The notes under the pieces: model-generated | Seen by the model: the letters and a program-made list of their open reading frames with translations, nothing else | Database searches by the model: none | Told to the model about the DNA's origin: nothing | NCBI GenBank assembly: GCA_964016885.1 | Contig: OZ024743.1 | Location: 136,524,001 to 136,588,000, forward strand | DNA length: 64,000 nucleotides | Reading direction: 5' to 3' | Origin: Eledone cirrhosa | Taxonomy: Eukaryota | Position numbers and translations under genes: made by a program | Shown here: positions 34,001-47,800 of the stretch, in pieces | How positions within the stretch are numbered: position 1 is the first letter of the stretch | Layout of the letters: each line of letters opens with the position of its first letter

Positions 34001-37000
34001 TGTTTGGCGTTTGCTGTTTGCTGTTTGGTGTTTGGTGTTTGCTGTTTGGTGTTTGCTGTTTGGTGCTTGGTGCTTGGTGTTTGGTGTTTGGTGCTTGGTG
34101 TTTGGTGCTTGGTGCTTGGTGCTGGGTGTTTGGTGCTTGGTGCTTGGTGTTTGATTCTTGGTGATTGGTGCTTGGTGTTTGGTCCTTGGTGCTTGGTGCT
34201 TGGTCTTTGGTGCTTGGGTTTTGGTGTTTGGTGCTTGGTGCTTGGTGTTTGGTGCTTGGTGTTTGGTGCTTGGTGCTTGGTTATTAGTGTTTGGTGATTG
34301 GTGCTTGGGGTTTGGTGTTTGGGGCTTGGTGTTTGGTGCTTAGTGCTTGCTGTTTGGTGTTTGGTGTTTGGTTCTTGGTGCTTGGTGTTTGGTGTTTGGT
34401 GTTTGGTGCTTGGTGCTTGGTGCTTGGTGTTTGGTGCTTGGTGCTTGGTGCTTGGTGTTTGGTGCTGCGTGTTTGGTGTTTGGTGTTTGGTGCTTGGTGC
34501 CTGGTGCTTGTTGTTTGGTGTTTGGTGCTTAGTGCTTGGTGTTTGGTGTTTGGTGCTTGGTGCTTGGTGGCTGGTGTTTGATGCTTGGTGTTTGCTGCTT
34601 GGTGCTTGGTGCTTGGTGTTTTGTGTTTGGTGCTTGGTGCTTGGTGCCTGGTGCTTGGTGCTTGGTGCTTGTTGTTTGGTGCTTGGTGCTTGGTGCTTGG
34701 TGTTTGGTGCTTGGTGCTTGGTGCTTGGTGTTTGGTGCTTGGTGCTTGGTGTTCGGTGCTTGGTGCTTGGTGTTTGGTGCTTGGTGTTTGGTGCTTGGTG
34801 CTTGCTGTTTGGTGTTTGGTGTTTGGTTCTTGGTGCTTGATGTTTGGTGTTTGGTGCTTGGTGCTTGGTGCTTGGTGTTTGGTGTTTGGTGCTTGGTGCT
34901 TGGTGTTTGGTGCTTGGTGTTTGGTGTTTGGTGTTTGATGCTTGGTGTTTGCTGCTTGGTGCTTGGTGCTTGGTGTTTTGTGTTTGGTGCTTGGTGCTTG
35001 GTGCCTGGTGCTTGGTGCTTGGTGCTTGTTGTTTGGTGCTTGGTGCTTGGTGCTTGGTGTTTGGTGCTTGGTGCTTGGTGCTTGGTGTTTGGTGCTTGGT
35101 GCTTGGTGTTTGGTGCTTGGTGCTTGGTGTTTGGTGCTTGGTGTTTGGTGCTTGGTGCTTGGTGCTTGGTGCTTGGTGTTAGGTGTTTGGTGCTTGGTGC
35201 TTGGTGTTTGATGTTTGGTCCTTGGTGCTTGGTGTTTGGTGTTTGGTGCTTGCTGCTTGCTGCTTGGTGTTTGGTGCTTGGTGATTGGTGCTTGGTGTTT
35301 TGTGCTTGGTGCTTGGTGTTTGGTGTTTGGTGCTAGGGGCTTGGTGCTTGGTGCTTGGTGTTTGGTGCTTGGTGCTTGCTGTTTGGTGTTTGGTGCTTGG
35401 TGCGTGGGACTTAGTGTTTGGTGTTTGGTGCTTGGTGTTTGGTGCTTGGTGTTTGGTGCTTGGTGTTTGGGTCTTGGTGTTCGGTGCTTGGTGCTTGGTG
35501 CTTGGGGCTTGGTGTTTGGTGCTTGGTGCTTGGTGCTTGGTGTTTGATGTTGGGTCCTTGGTGCTTGGTGCCTGGTGTTTGGTGTTTGGTGTTTGTTGCT
35601 TGGTGTATGGTGCTTGGTGCTTGGTGCTGGGTGGTTGGTGTTTGGTGCTTGGTGCTTGGTGTTTGGTGTTTGGTGCTTGGTGCTTGTTGTTTGGTGCTTG
35701 GTGCTTGGTGCTTGGTCTTTGGTGCATGGTGTTTGGTGTTTGGCGCTTGGTGCTTGGTGCTTTGTGATTGGTGCTTGGTGCTTGGTGCTTGGTGTTTGGT
35801 GCTTGGTGCTTGGTGATTAGTGTTTGTTGCTTGGTGCTTGGGGTTTGGTGGTTGGTGCTTGGTGCTTGGTGTTTGGTGTTTGGTGTTTGCTGTTTGCTGT
35901 TTGGTGTCTGCTTTTTAGTGTTTGGTGTTTGCTGTATGGTGTTTGCTGTTTCGTATTTGGTTTTTGCTGTTTGGTGTTTGGTGTTTGCTGTTTGGTGTTT
36001 GGTGTTTGGTGCTTGGTGCTTGGTGTTTGGCTTTGGTGCTTGGTGCTTGGTGTTTGGTGCTTGGTGCTTGGTGTTTGGTGCTTGGTGCTTGGTGCTTGTT
36101 GTTTGGTGCTTGGTGCTTGGTGCTTGTTGTATGGTGTTTGGTGCTTGGTGCTTGGTGTTTGGTGTTTGCTGCTTGGTGTCTGGTGTTTGGTGCTTGGTGT
36201 TTGGTGTTTGGTGCTTGGTGCTTGGTGCTTGGTGTTTGGTGTTTGGTGCTTGGTGCTTGGTGTTTGGTGTTTGGTGCTGGGTGCATGGAGTTTGGTGCTT
36301 GGTGCTTAGTGCTTGGTGTTTGGTGTTTGGTGCTTGGTATTTGGTGTTTGGTGTTTGATGCTTGGTGCGTGGTGCTTGGTGCTTCGTGTTTTGTGTTTGG
36401 TGCTTGGTGCTTGGTGCCTGGTGCTTGGTGCTTGGTGATTAGTGTTTGGTGCTTGGTGCTTGGTGTTTGGTGCTTGGTGTTTGGTGCTTGGTGCCTGGTG
36501 CTTGGTGTTTGGTGTTTGATGCTTGGTGTTTGGTGTTTGGTGTTTGGTACTTGGTGTTCGGTGCTTGGTGCTTGGTGCTTGGTGCTTGGTGTTTGGTGTT
36601 TGGTGCTTGGTGCTTGGTGTTTGATGTTTGGTCCTTGGTGCTTGGTGTTTGGTGTTGTGTGCTTGGTGCTTGGTGCTTGGTGTTTGGTGCTTGGTGCTTG
36701 GTGCTTGGTGTTTGGCGTTTGCTGTTTGCTGTTTGGTGTTTGGTGTTTGCTGTTTGGTGTTTGCTGTTTGGTGCTTGGTGCTTGGTGTTTGGTGTTTGGT
36801 GCTTGGTGTTTGGTGCTTGGTGCTTGGTGCTGGGTGTTTGGTGCTTGGTGCTTGGTGTTTGGTTCTTGGTGATTGGTGCTTGGTGTTTGGTCCTTGGTGC
36901 TTGGTGCTTGGTCTTTGGTGCTTGGGTTTTGGTGTTTGGTGCTTGGTGCTTGGTGTTTGGTGCTTGGTGTTTGGTGCTTGGTGCTTGGTTATTAGTGTTT

Positions 37001-40000
37001 GGTGATTGGTGCTTGGGGTTTGGTGTTTGGGGCTTGGTGTTTGGTGCTTAGTGCTTGCTGTTTGGTGTTTGGTGTTTGGTTCTTGGTGCTTGGTGTTTGG
37101 TGTTTGGTGTTTGGTGCTTGGTGCTTGGTGCTTGGTGTTTGGTGCTTGGTGCTTGGTGCTTGGTGTTTGGTGCTGCGTGTTTGGTGTTTGGTGTTTGGTG
37201 CTTGGTGCCTGGTGCTTGTTGTTTGGTGTTTGGTGCTTAGTGCTTGGTGTTTGGTGTTTGGTGCTTGGTGCTTAGTGGCTGGTGTTTGGTGCTTGGTGTT
37301 TGGAGTTTGGTGCTTGGTGCTTGGTGCCTGGTGTTTCGTGCTTGGTGCTTGGTGCTTGGTGTTTGATGTTTGGTGCTTGGTGTTTGGTGTTTGGTACTTG
37401 GTGCTTGGTGCTTGGTGCTTGGTGTTTGGTGCTTGGTGTTTGATGCTGCGTGCTTGGTGTTTGGTGTTTGGTGGTTGGTGCTTGGTGTTTGGTGTTTGGA
37501 GCTTGGTGCCTGGTGCTTGTTGTTTGGTGTTTGGCGCTTGGTGCTTGGTGTTTGGTGTTTGGCGCTTGGTGCTTGGTGTTTGGTGTTTGGTGCTTGGTGC
37601 TTGGTGCTTGGTATCTGGTGTTTGGTGCTTGATGTTTGGTGTTTGGTGCTTGGTGTTTGGTGTTTGGTGCTTGGTGTTTGGTGCTTGGTGTTTGGTGTTT
37701 GGTGTTTGATGCTTGGTGTTTGCTGCTTGGTGCTTGGTGCTTGGTGTTTTGTGTTTGGTGCTTGGTGCTTGGTGCCTGGTGCTTGGTGCTTGGTGCTTGT
37801 TGTTTGGTTCTTGGTGCTTGGTGATTAGTGTTTGGTGCTTGGTGCTTGCTGATTGGTGTTTGGTGTTCGGTTCTTGGTGCTTGGTGTATGGTGTTTAGTG
37901 TCTGGTGCTTGGTGCTTGGTGCTTGGTGTTTGGTGCTTGGTGCTTGGTGCTTGGTGTTTGGTGCTGCGTGCTTGGTGTTTGGTGTTTGGTGTTTGGTGCC
38001 TGGTGCCTGGTGCTTGTTGTTTGGTGTTTGGTGCTTAGTGCTTGGTGTTTGGTGTTTGGTGCTTGGTGCTTGGTGGCTGGTGCTTGGTGCTTGGTGTTTG
38101 GAGTTTGGTGCTTGGTGCTTGGTGCCTGGTGTTTCGTGCTTGGTGCTTGGTGCTTGGTGTTTGGTGTTTGGTGCTTGGTGTTTGGTGTTTGGTGCTTGGT
38201 GCTTGGTGTTTGGTGTTTGGTGCTTGGTGTTTGGTGTTTGGTGCTTGGTGCTGGGTGTTTGGTGCTTGGTGCTTGGTGTTTGGTGCTTGGTGCTTGGTGC
38301 TTGGTTTTTGGTCCTTGGTGCTTGGTGCTTGGTCTTTGGTGCTTGGGTTTTGGTGTTTGGTGCTTGGTGCTTGGTGTTTGGTGCTTGGTGCTTGGTGCTT
38401 GGTGCTTGGTGTTTGGTGCTTGGTGCTTGGTGTTTGGTGTTTGGTGCTGGGTGCATGGAGTTTGGTGCTTCGTGCTTGTGCTTGGTGTTTGGTGTTTGGT
38501 GCTTGGTATTTGGTGTTTGGTGTTTGATGCTTGGTTTGTGGTGCTTGGTGCTTGGTGTTTGGTGCTTGGTGTTTGGTGCTTGGTGCCTGGTGCTTGGTGT
38601 TTGATGTTTGGTCCTTGGTGCTTGGTGTTTGGTGATTGGTGCTTGGTGCCTGGTGCTTGGTGCTTGGTGCTTGTTGTTTGGTGCTTGGTGCTTGGTGATT
38701 AGTGTTTGGTGCTTGGTGCTTGGTGTTTGGTGCTTGGTGTTTGGTGCTTGGTGCCTGGTGCTTGGTGTTTGGTGTTTGATGCTTGGTGTTTGGTGTTTGG
38801 TGTTTGGTACTTGGTGTTCGGTGCTTGGTGCTTGGTGCTTGGTGCTTGGTGTATGGTGTTTGGTGCTTGGTGCTTGGTGTTTGATGTTTGGTCCTTGGTG
38901 CTTGGTGTTTGGTGTTGTGTGCTTGGTGCTTGGTGCTTGATGTTTGGTGCTTGGTGCTTGGTGCTTGGTGTTTGGCGTTTGCTGTTTGCTGTTTGGTGTT
39001 TGGTGTTTGCTGTTTGGTGTTTGCTGTTTGGTGTTTGGTGTTTGGTGCTTGCTGTTTGGTGCTTGGTGCTTGGTGTTTGGTGTTAGGTGCTTGGTGTTTG
39101 GTGCTTGGTGCTTGGTGCTGAGTGTTTGGTGCTTGGTGCTTGGTGTTTGGTGTTTGGTGATTGGTGCTTGGTGTTTGGTCCTTGGTGCTTGGTGCTTGGT
39201 CTTTGGTGCTTGGGTTTTGGTGTTTGGTGCTTGGTGCTTGGTGTTTGGTGCTTGGTGCTTGGTGCTTGGTGCTTGGTGTTTGGTGCTTGCTGCTTGGTGC
39301 GTGGTGTTTGGTGCTTGGTGCTTGGTGATTAGTGTTTGGTGATTGGTGCTTGGGGTTTGGTGTTTGGGGCTTGGTGTTTGGTGCTTAGTGCTTGCTGTTT
39401 GGTGTTTGGTGTTTGGTTCTTGGTGCTTGGTGTTTGGTGTTTGGTGTTTGGTGCTTGGTGCTTGGTGCTTGGTGTTTGGTGCTTGGTGCTTGGTGTTTGG
39501 TGCTTGGTGCTTGGTGTTTGGTGCTTGGTGTTTGGTGCTTGGTGCTTGGTGCTTGGTGCTTGGTGTTAGGTGTTTGGTGCTTGGTGCTTGGTGTTTGATG
39601 TTTGGTCCTTGGTGCTTGGGGTTTGGTGTTTGGTGCTTGGTGCTTGGTGTTTGGTGTTTGGTGCTTGCTGCTTGCTGCTTGGTGTTTGGTGCTTGGTGAT
39701 TGGTGCTTGGTGTTTTGTGCTTGGTGCTTGGTGTTTGGTGTTTGGTGCTAGGGGCTTGGTGCTTGGTGCTTGGTGTTTGGTGCTTGGTGCTTGCTGTTTG
39801 GTGTTTGGTGCTTGGTGCGTGGGACTTAGTGTTTGGTGTTTGGTGCTTGGTGTTTGGTGCTTGGTGTTTGGTGCTTGGTGTTTGGGGCTTGGTGTTCGGT
39901 GCTTGGTGCTTGGTGCTTGGGGCTTGGTGTTTGGTGCTTGGTGCTTGGTGCTTGGTGTTTGATGTTGGGTCCTTGGTGCTTGGTGTTTGGTGTTTGGTGC

Positions 40001-41889
40001 TGGTGTTTGGTGTTTGGTGCTTGGTGCTTGGTGTTTGGTGTTTGGTGCTTGGTGCTTGGGGCTTGGTGTTTGGTGCTTGGTGCTTGGTGTTTGGTGCTTC
40101 TGCTTGGGGCTTGGTAGTTGGTGCTTGGTGCTTGGTGCCTGGTGTTTGGTGTTTGGTGTTTGGTGCTTGGTGTATGGTGCTTGGTGCTTGGTGCTGGGTG
40201 GTTGGTGTTTGGTGCTTGGTGCTTGGTGTTTGGTGCTTGGTGCTTGGTGCTTGTTGTTTGGTGCTTGGTGCTTGGTGCTTGGTCTTTGGTGCATGGTGTT
40301 TGGTGTTTGGCGCTTGGTGCTTGGTGCTTCGTGATTGGTGCTTGGTGCTTGGTGCTTGGTGTTTGGTGCTTGGTGCTTGGTGATTAGTGTTTGTTGCTTG
40401 GTGCTTGGGGTTTGGTGGTTGGTGCTTGGTGCTTGGTGTTTGGTGTTTGGTGTTTGGTGTTTGCTGTTTGCTGTTTGGTGTCTGCTTTTTAGGGTTTGGT
40501 GTTTGCTGTATGGTGTTTGCTGTTTCGTATTTGGTTTTTGCTGTTTGGTGTTTGGTGTTTGCTGTTTGGTGTTTGGTGTTTGGTGCTTGGTGCTTGGTGT
40601 TTGGCTTTGGTGCTTGGTGCTTGGTGTTTGGTGCTTGGTGCTTGGTGTTTGGTGCTTGGTGCTTGGTGCTTGTTGTTTGGTGCTTGGTGCTTGGTGCTTG
40701 GTCTTTGGTGCATGGTGTTTGGTGTTTGGTGCTTGGTGCCTGGTGCTTGTTGTATGGTGTTTGGTGCTTGGTGCTTGGTGTTTGGTGTTTGCTGCTTGGT
40801 GTCTGGTGTTTGGTGCTTGGTGTTTGGTGTTTGGTGCTTGGTGCTTGGTGCTTGGTGTTTGGTGTTTGGTGCTTGGTGCTTGGTGTTTGGTGTTTGGTGC
40901 TGGGTGCATGGAGTTTGGTGCTTGGTGCTTAGTGCTTGGTGTTTGGTGTTTGGTGCTTGGTATTTGGTGTTTGGTGTTTGATGCTTGGTGCGTGGTGCTT
41001 GGTGCTTCGTGTTTTGTGTTTGGTGCTTGGTGCTTGGTGCCTGGTGCTTGGTGCTTGGTGATTAGTGTTTGGTGCTTGGTGCTTGGTGTTTGGTGCTTGG
41101 TGTTTGGTGCTTGGTGCCTGGTGCTTGGTGTTTGGTGTTTGGTGTTTGGTACTTGGTGTTCGGTGCTTGGTGCTTGGTGCTTGGTGCTTGGTGTTTGGTG
41201 TTTGGTGCTTGGTGCTTGGTGTTTGATGTTTGGTCCTTGGTGCTTGGTGTTTGGTGTTGTGTGCTTGGTGCTTGGTGCTTGGTGTTTGGTGCTTGGTGCT
41301 TGGTGCTTGGTGTTTGGCGTTTGCTGTTTGCTGTTTGGTGTTTGGTGTTTGCTGTTTGGTGTTTGCTGTTTGGTGCTTGGTGCTTGGTGTTTGGTGTTTG
41401 GTGCTTGGTGTTTGGTGCTTGGTGCTTGGTGCTGGGTGTTTGGTGCTTGGTGCTTGGTGTTTGGTTCTTGGTGATTGGTGCTTGGTGTTTGGTCCTTGGT
41501 GCTTGGTGCTTGGTCTTTGGTGCTTGGGTTTTGGTGTTTGGTGCTTGGTGCTTGGTGTTTGGTGCTTGGTGTTTGGTGCTTGGTGCTTGGTTATTAGTGT
41601 TTGGTGATTGGTGCTTGGGGTTTGGTGTTTGGGGCTTGGTGTTTGGTGCTTAGTGCTTGCTGTTTGGTGTTTGGTGTTTGGTTCTTGGTGCTTGGTGTTT
41701 GGTGTTTGGTGTTTGGTGCTTGGTGCTTGGTGCTTGGTGTTTGGTGCTTGGTGCTTGGTGCTTGGTGTTTGGTGCTGCGTGTTTGGTGTTTGGTGTTTGG
41801 TGCTTGGTGCCTGGTGCTTGTTGTTTGGTGTTTGGTGCTTAGTGCTTGGTGTTTGGTGTTTGGTGCTTGGTGCTTGGTGGCTGGTGTTT
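27558..41889 (+). repeat. ~7.3-kb higher-order duplication (27558-34579 and 34832-41889) separated by a ~250-bp rearranged linker
   Basis: Offsets 7274 (27570/34844, 27905/35179, 30554/37828), 7275 (31333/38608) and 7310 (33025/40335, 34291/41601). 7274 = 1040x7-6, which matches the six 6-bp monomers counted in the interval. Confidence 0.9.
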
Positions 41890-44800
41890 GGTGCTTGGTG
41901 TTTGGAGTTTGGTGCTTGGTGCTTGGTGCCTGGTGTTTCGTGCTTGGTGCTTGGTGCTTGGTGTTTGATGTTTGGTGCTTGGTGTTTGGTGTTTGGTACT
42001 TGGTGCTTGGTGCTTGGTGCTTGGTGTTTGGTGCTTGGTGTTTGATGCTGCGTGCTTGGTGTTTGGTGTTTGGTGCTTGGTACTTGGTGTTTGGTGTTTG
42101 GAGCTTGGTGCCTGGTGCTTGTTGTTTGGTGTTTGGTGCTTGGTGCTTGGTGTTTGGTGTTTGGCGCTTGGTGCTTGGTGTTTGGTGTTTGGTGCATGAT
42201 GCTTGGTGCTTGGTATCTGGTGTTTGGTGCTTGATGTTTGGTGTTTGGTGCTTGGTGTTTGGTGTTTGGTGCTTGGTGTTTGGTGCTTGGTGTTTGGTGT
42301 TTGGTGTTTGATGCTTGGTGTTTGCTGCTTGGTGCTTGGTGCTTGGTGTTTTGTGTTTGGTGCTTGGTGCTTGGTGCCTGGTGCTTGGTGCTTGGTGCTT
42401 GTTGTTTGGTTCTTGGTGCTTGGTGATTAGTGTTTGGTGCTTGGTGCTTGCTGATTGGTGTTTGGTGTTCGGTTCTTGGTGCTTGGTGTATGGTGTTTAG
42501 TGTCTGGTGCTTGGTGCTTGGTGCTTGGTGTTTGGTGCTTGGTGCTTGGTGCTTGGTGTTTGGTGCTGCGTGCTTGGTGTTTGGTGTTTGGTGTTTGGTG
42601 CCTGGTGCTTGTTGTTTGGTGTTTGGTGCTTAGTGCTTGGTGTTTGGTGTTTGGTGCTTGGTGCTTGGTGGCTGGTGCTTGGTGCTTGGTGTTTGGAGTT
42701 TGGTGCTTGGTGCTTGGTGCCTGGTGTTTCGTGCTTGGTGCTTGGTGCTTGGTGTTTGGTGTTTGGTGCTTGGTGTTTGGTGTTTGGTGCTTGGTGCTTG
42801 GTGTTTGGTGTTTGGTGCTTGGTGTTTGGTGCTTGGTGCTTGGTGCTGGGTGTTTGGTGCTTGGTGCTTGGTGTTTGGTGCTTGGTGCTTGGTGCTTGGT
42901 TTTTGGTCCTTGGTGCTTGGTGCTTGGTCTTTGGTGCTTGGGTTTTGGTGTTTGGTGCTTGGTGCTTGGTGTTTGGTGCTTGGTGCTTGGTGCTTGGTGC
43001 TTGGTGTTTGGTGCTTGGTGCTTGGTGTTTGGTGTTTGGTGCTGGGTGCATGGAGTTTGGTGCTTCGTGCTTGTGCTTGGTGTTTGGTGTTTGGTGCTTG
43101 GTATTTGGTGTTTGGTGTTTGATGCTTGGTTTGTGGTGCTTGGTGCTTGGTGTTTTGTGTTTGGTGCTTGGTGCTTGGTGTTTGATGTTTGGTCCTTGGT
43201 GCTTGGTGTTTGGTGATTGGTGCTTGGTGCCTGGTGCTTGGTGCTTGGTGCTTGTTGTTTGGTGCTTGGTGCTTGGTGATTAGTGTTTGGTGCTTGGTGC
43301 TTGGTGTTTGGTGCTTGGTGTTTGGTGCTTGGTGCCTGGTGCTTCGGGTTTGGTGTTTGATGCTTGGTGTTTGGTGTTTGGTGTTTGGTACTTGGTGTTC
43401 GGTGCTTGGTGCTTGGTGCTTGGTGCTTGGTGTATGGTGTTTGGTGCTTGGTGCATGGTGTTTGATGTTTGGTCCTTGGTGCTTGGTGTTTGGTGTTGTG
43501 TGCTTGGTGCTTGGTGCTTGATGTTTGGTGCTTGGTGCTTGGTGCTTGGTGTTTGGCGTTTGCTGTTTGCTGTTTGGTGTTTGGTGTTTGCTGTTTGGTG
43601 TTTGCTGTTTGGTGTTTGGTGTTTGGTGCTTGCTGTTTGGTGCTTGGTGCTTGGTGTTTGGTGTTAGGTGCTTGGTGTTTGGTGCTTGGTGCTTGGTGCT
43701 GAGTGTTTGGTGCTTGGTGCTTGGTGTTTGGTGTTTGGTGATTGGTGCTTGGTGTTTGGTCCTTGGTGCTTGGTGCTTGGTCTTTGGTGCTTGGGTTTTG
43801 TTGTTTGGTGCTTGGTGCTTGGTGTTTGGTGCTTGGTGCTTGGTGCTTGGTGCTTGGTGTTTGGTGCTTGCTGCTTGGTGCGTGGTGTTTGGTGCTTGGT
43901 GCTTGGTGATTAGTGTTTGGTGATTGGTGCTTGGGGTTTGGTGTTTGGGGCTTGGTGTTTGGTGCTTAGTGCTTGCTGTTTGGTGTTTGGTGTTTGGTTC
44001 TTGGTGCTTGGTGTTTGGTGTTTGGTGTTTGGTGCTTGGTGCTTGGTGCTTGGTGTTTGGTGCTTGGTGCTTGGTGTTTGGTGCTTGGTGCCTGGTGCTT
44101 GTTGTTTGGTGTTTGGTGCTTAGTGCTTGGGGCTTGGTGTTTGGTGCTTGGTGTTTGGTGGCTGGTGTTTGGTGCTTGGTGTTTGGAGTTTGGTGCTTGG
44201 TGCTTGGTGCCTGGTGTTTCGTGCTTGGTGCTTGGTGCTTGGTGTTTGGTGTTTGGTGCTTGGTGTTTGGTGTTTGGTACTTGGTGCTTGGTGCTTGGTG
44301 CTTGGTGTTTGGTGCTTGGTGTTTGATGCTGCGTGCTTGGTGTTTGGTGTTTGGTGCTTGGTGCTTGGTGTTTGGTGTTTGGAGCTTGGTGCCTGGTGCT
44401 TGTTGCTTGGTGTTTGGCGCTTGGTGCTTGGTGCCTGGTGTTTCGTGCTTGGTGCTTGGTGCTTGGTGTTTGGTGCTTGGTGTTTGGTGTTTGGTACTTG
44501 GTGCTTGGTGCTTGGTGCTTGGTGTTTGTTGCTTGGTGTTTGATGCTGCGTGCTTGGTGTTTGGTGTTTGGTGCTTGGTGCTTGGTGTTTGGTGTTTGGA
44601 GCTTGGTGCCTGGTGCTTGTTGCTTGGTGTTTGGCGCTTGGTGCTTGGTGTTTGGTGTTTGGTGCTTGGTGCTTGGTGCTTGGTATCTGGTGTTTGGTGC
44701 TTGATGTTTGGTGTTTGGTGCTTGGTGTTTGGTGTTTGGTGCTTGGTGCTTGGTGTTTGGTGCTTGGTGCTTGGTGTTTTGTGTTTGGTGCTTGGTGCTT

Positions 44801-47800
44801 GGTGCCTGGTGCTTGGTGCTTGGTGCTTGTTGTTTGGTGCTTGGTGCTTGGTGATTAGTGTTTGGTGCTTGGTGCTTGCGGTTTGGTGTTTGGTGCTTGG
44901 GGTTTGGTGCTTGGTGCTTGGTGCTTGGTGTTTGGTGCTTGGTGCTTGGTGTTTGGTGCTTGGTGCCTGGTGTTTGGTGTTTGGCGTTTGCTGTTTGCTG
45001 TTTGGTGCTTGCTGTTTGGTGCTTGGTGCATGGTGTTTGGTGTTTGGTGTTTTGTGCTTGGTGCTTGGTGTTTGGTGCTTGGTGCTTGGTGCTGGGTGTT
45101 TGGTGCTTGGTGCTTGGTGTTTGGTGCTTGGTGCTTGGTGCTTGGTGTTTGGTCCTTGGTGCTTGGTGCTTGGTATTTGGTGCTTGGGTTTTGGTGTTTG
45201 GTGCTTGGTGCTTGGTTTTTGGTGCTTGGTTCTTGGTGCTTGGTGCTTGGTGTTTGGTGATTGCTGCTTGGTGCTTGGTGTTTGGTACTTGGTGCTTGGT
45301 GATTAGTGTTTGGTGATTTGTGCTTGGGGTTTGCTGTTTGGTGCTTGGTGTTTGGTGCTTGGTGCTTGCTGTTAGGTGTTTGGTGTTTGGTTCTTGGTGC
45401 TTGGTGTTTGGTGTTTGGTGTCTGGTGCTTGGTGCTTGCTGCTTGGTGTTTGGTGCTTGGTGCTTGGTGCTTTGTGTTTGGTGCTGCGTGCTTGGTGTTT
45501 GGTGTTTGGTGCTTGGTGCCTGGTGCTTGTTGTTTGGTGTTTGGTGCTTAGTGCTTGGTGTTTGGTGTTTGGTGCTTGGTGCTTGGTGGCTGGTGCTTGG
45601 TGCTTGGTGTTTGGAGTTTGGTGCTTGGTGCTTGGTGCCTGGTGTTTCGTGCTTGGTGCTTGGTGCTTGGTGTTTGGTGTTTGGTGCTTGGTGTTTGGTG
45701 TTTGGTGCTTGGTGCTTGGTGTTTGGTGTTTGGTGCTTGGTGTTTGGTGCTTGGTGCTTGGTGCTGGGTGTTTGGTGCTTGGTGCTTGGTGTTTGGTGCT
45801 TGGTGCTTGGTGCTTGGTTTTTGGTCCTTGGTGCTTGGTGCTTGGTCTTTGGTGCTTGGGTTTTGGTGTTTGGTGCTTGGTGCTTGGTGTTTGGTGCTTG
45901 GTGCTTGGTGCTTGGTGCTTGGTGTTTGGTGCTTGGTGCTTGGTGTTGGGTGTTTGGTGCTGGGTGCATGGAGTTTGGTGCTTCGTGCTTGTGCTTGGTG
46001 TTTGGTGTTTGGTGCTTGGTATTTGGTGTTTGGTGTTTGATGCTTGGTTTGTGGTGCTTGGTGCTTGGTGTTTTGTGTTTGGTGCTTGGTGCTTGGTGTT
46101 TGATGTTTGGTCCTTGGTGCTTGGTGTTTGGTGATTGGTGCTTGGTGCCTGGTGCTTGGTGCTTGGTGCTTGTTGTTTGGTGCTTGGTGCTTGGTGATTA
46201 GTGTTTGGTGCTTGGTGCTTGGTGTTTGGTGCTTGGTGTTTGGTGCTTGGTGCCTGGTGCTTGGTGTTTGGTGTTTGATGCTTGGTGTTTGGTGTTTGGT
46301 GTTTGGTACTTGGTGTTCGGTGCTTGGTGCTTGGTGCTTGGTGCTTGGTGTATGGTGTTTGGTGCTTGGTGCTTGGTGTTTGATGTTTGGTCCTTGGTGC
46401 TTGGTGTTTGGTGTTGTGTGCTTGGTGCTTGGTGCTTGATGTTTGGTGCTTGGTGCTTGGTGCTTGGTGTTTGGCGTTTGCTGTTTGCTGTTTGGTGTTT
46501 GGTGTTTGCTGTTTGGTGTTTGCTGTTTGGTGTTTGGTGTTTGGTGCTTGCTGTTTGGTGCTTGCTGCTTGGTGATTGGTGTTAGGTGCTTGGTGTTTGG
46601 TGCTTGGTGCTTGGTGCTGAGTGTTTGGTGCTTGGTGCTTGGTGTTTGGTGTTTGGTGATTGGTGCTTGGTGTTTGGTCCTTGGTGCTTGGTGCTTGGTC
46701 TTTGGTGCTTGGGTTTTGGTGTTTGGTGCTTGGTGCTTGGTGTTTGGTGCTTGGTGCTTGGTGCTTGGTGCTTGGTGTTTGGTGCTTGCTGCTTGGTGCG
46801 TGGTGTTTGGTGCTTGGTGCTTGGTGATTAGTGTTTGGTGATTGGTGCTTGGGGTTTGGTGTTTGGGGCTTGGTGTTTGGTGCTTAGTGCTTGCTGTTTG
46901 GTGTTTGGTGTTTGGTTCTTGGTGCTTGGTGTTTGGTGTTTGGTGTTTGGTGCTTGGTGCTTGGTGCTTGGTGCTTGGTGTTTGGTGCTTGGTGCTTGGT
47001 GTTTGGTGCTTGGTGCTTGGTGTTTGGTGCTTGGTGTTTGGTGCTTGGTGCTTGGTGCTTGGTGCTTGGTGTTAGGTGTTTGGTGCTTGGTGCTTGGTGT
47101 TTGATGTTTGGTCCTTGGTGCTTGGGGTTTGGTGTTTGGTGCTTGGTGCTTGGTGTTTGGTGTTTGGTGCTTGCTGCTTGCTGCTTGGTGTTTGGTGCTT
47201 GGTGATTGGTGCTTGGTGTTTTGTGCTTGGTGCTTGGTGTTTGGTGTTTGGTGCTAGGGGCTTGGTGCTTGGTGCTTGGTGTTTGGTGCTTGGTGCTTGC
47301 TGTTTGGTGTTTGGTGCTTGGTGCGTGGGACTTAGTGTTTGGTGTTTGGTGCTTGGTGTTTGGTGCTTGGTGTTTGGTGCTTGGTGTTTGGGGCTTGGTG
47401 TTCGGTGCTTGGTGCTTGGTGCTTGGGGCTTGGTGTTTGGTGCTTGGTGCTTGGTGCTTGGTGTTTGATGTTGGGTCCTTGGTGCTTGGTGTTTGGTGTT
47501 TGGTTCTGGTGTTTGGTGTTTGGTGCTTGGTGCTTGGTGTTTGGTGTTTGGTGCTTGGTGCTTGGGGCTTGGTGTTTGGTGCTTGGTGCTTGGTGTTTGG
47601 TGCTTCTGCTTGGGGCTTGGTAGTTGGTGCTTGGTGCTTGCTGCCTGGTGTTTGGTGTTTGGTGTTTGGTGCTTGGTGTATGGTGCTTGGTGCTTGGTGC
47701 TGGGTGGTTGGTGTTTGGTGCTTGGTGCTTGGTGTTTGGTGCTTGGTGCTTGGTGCTTGTTGTTTGGTGCTTGGTGCTTGGTGCTTGGTCTTTGGTGCAT

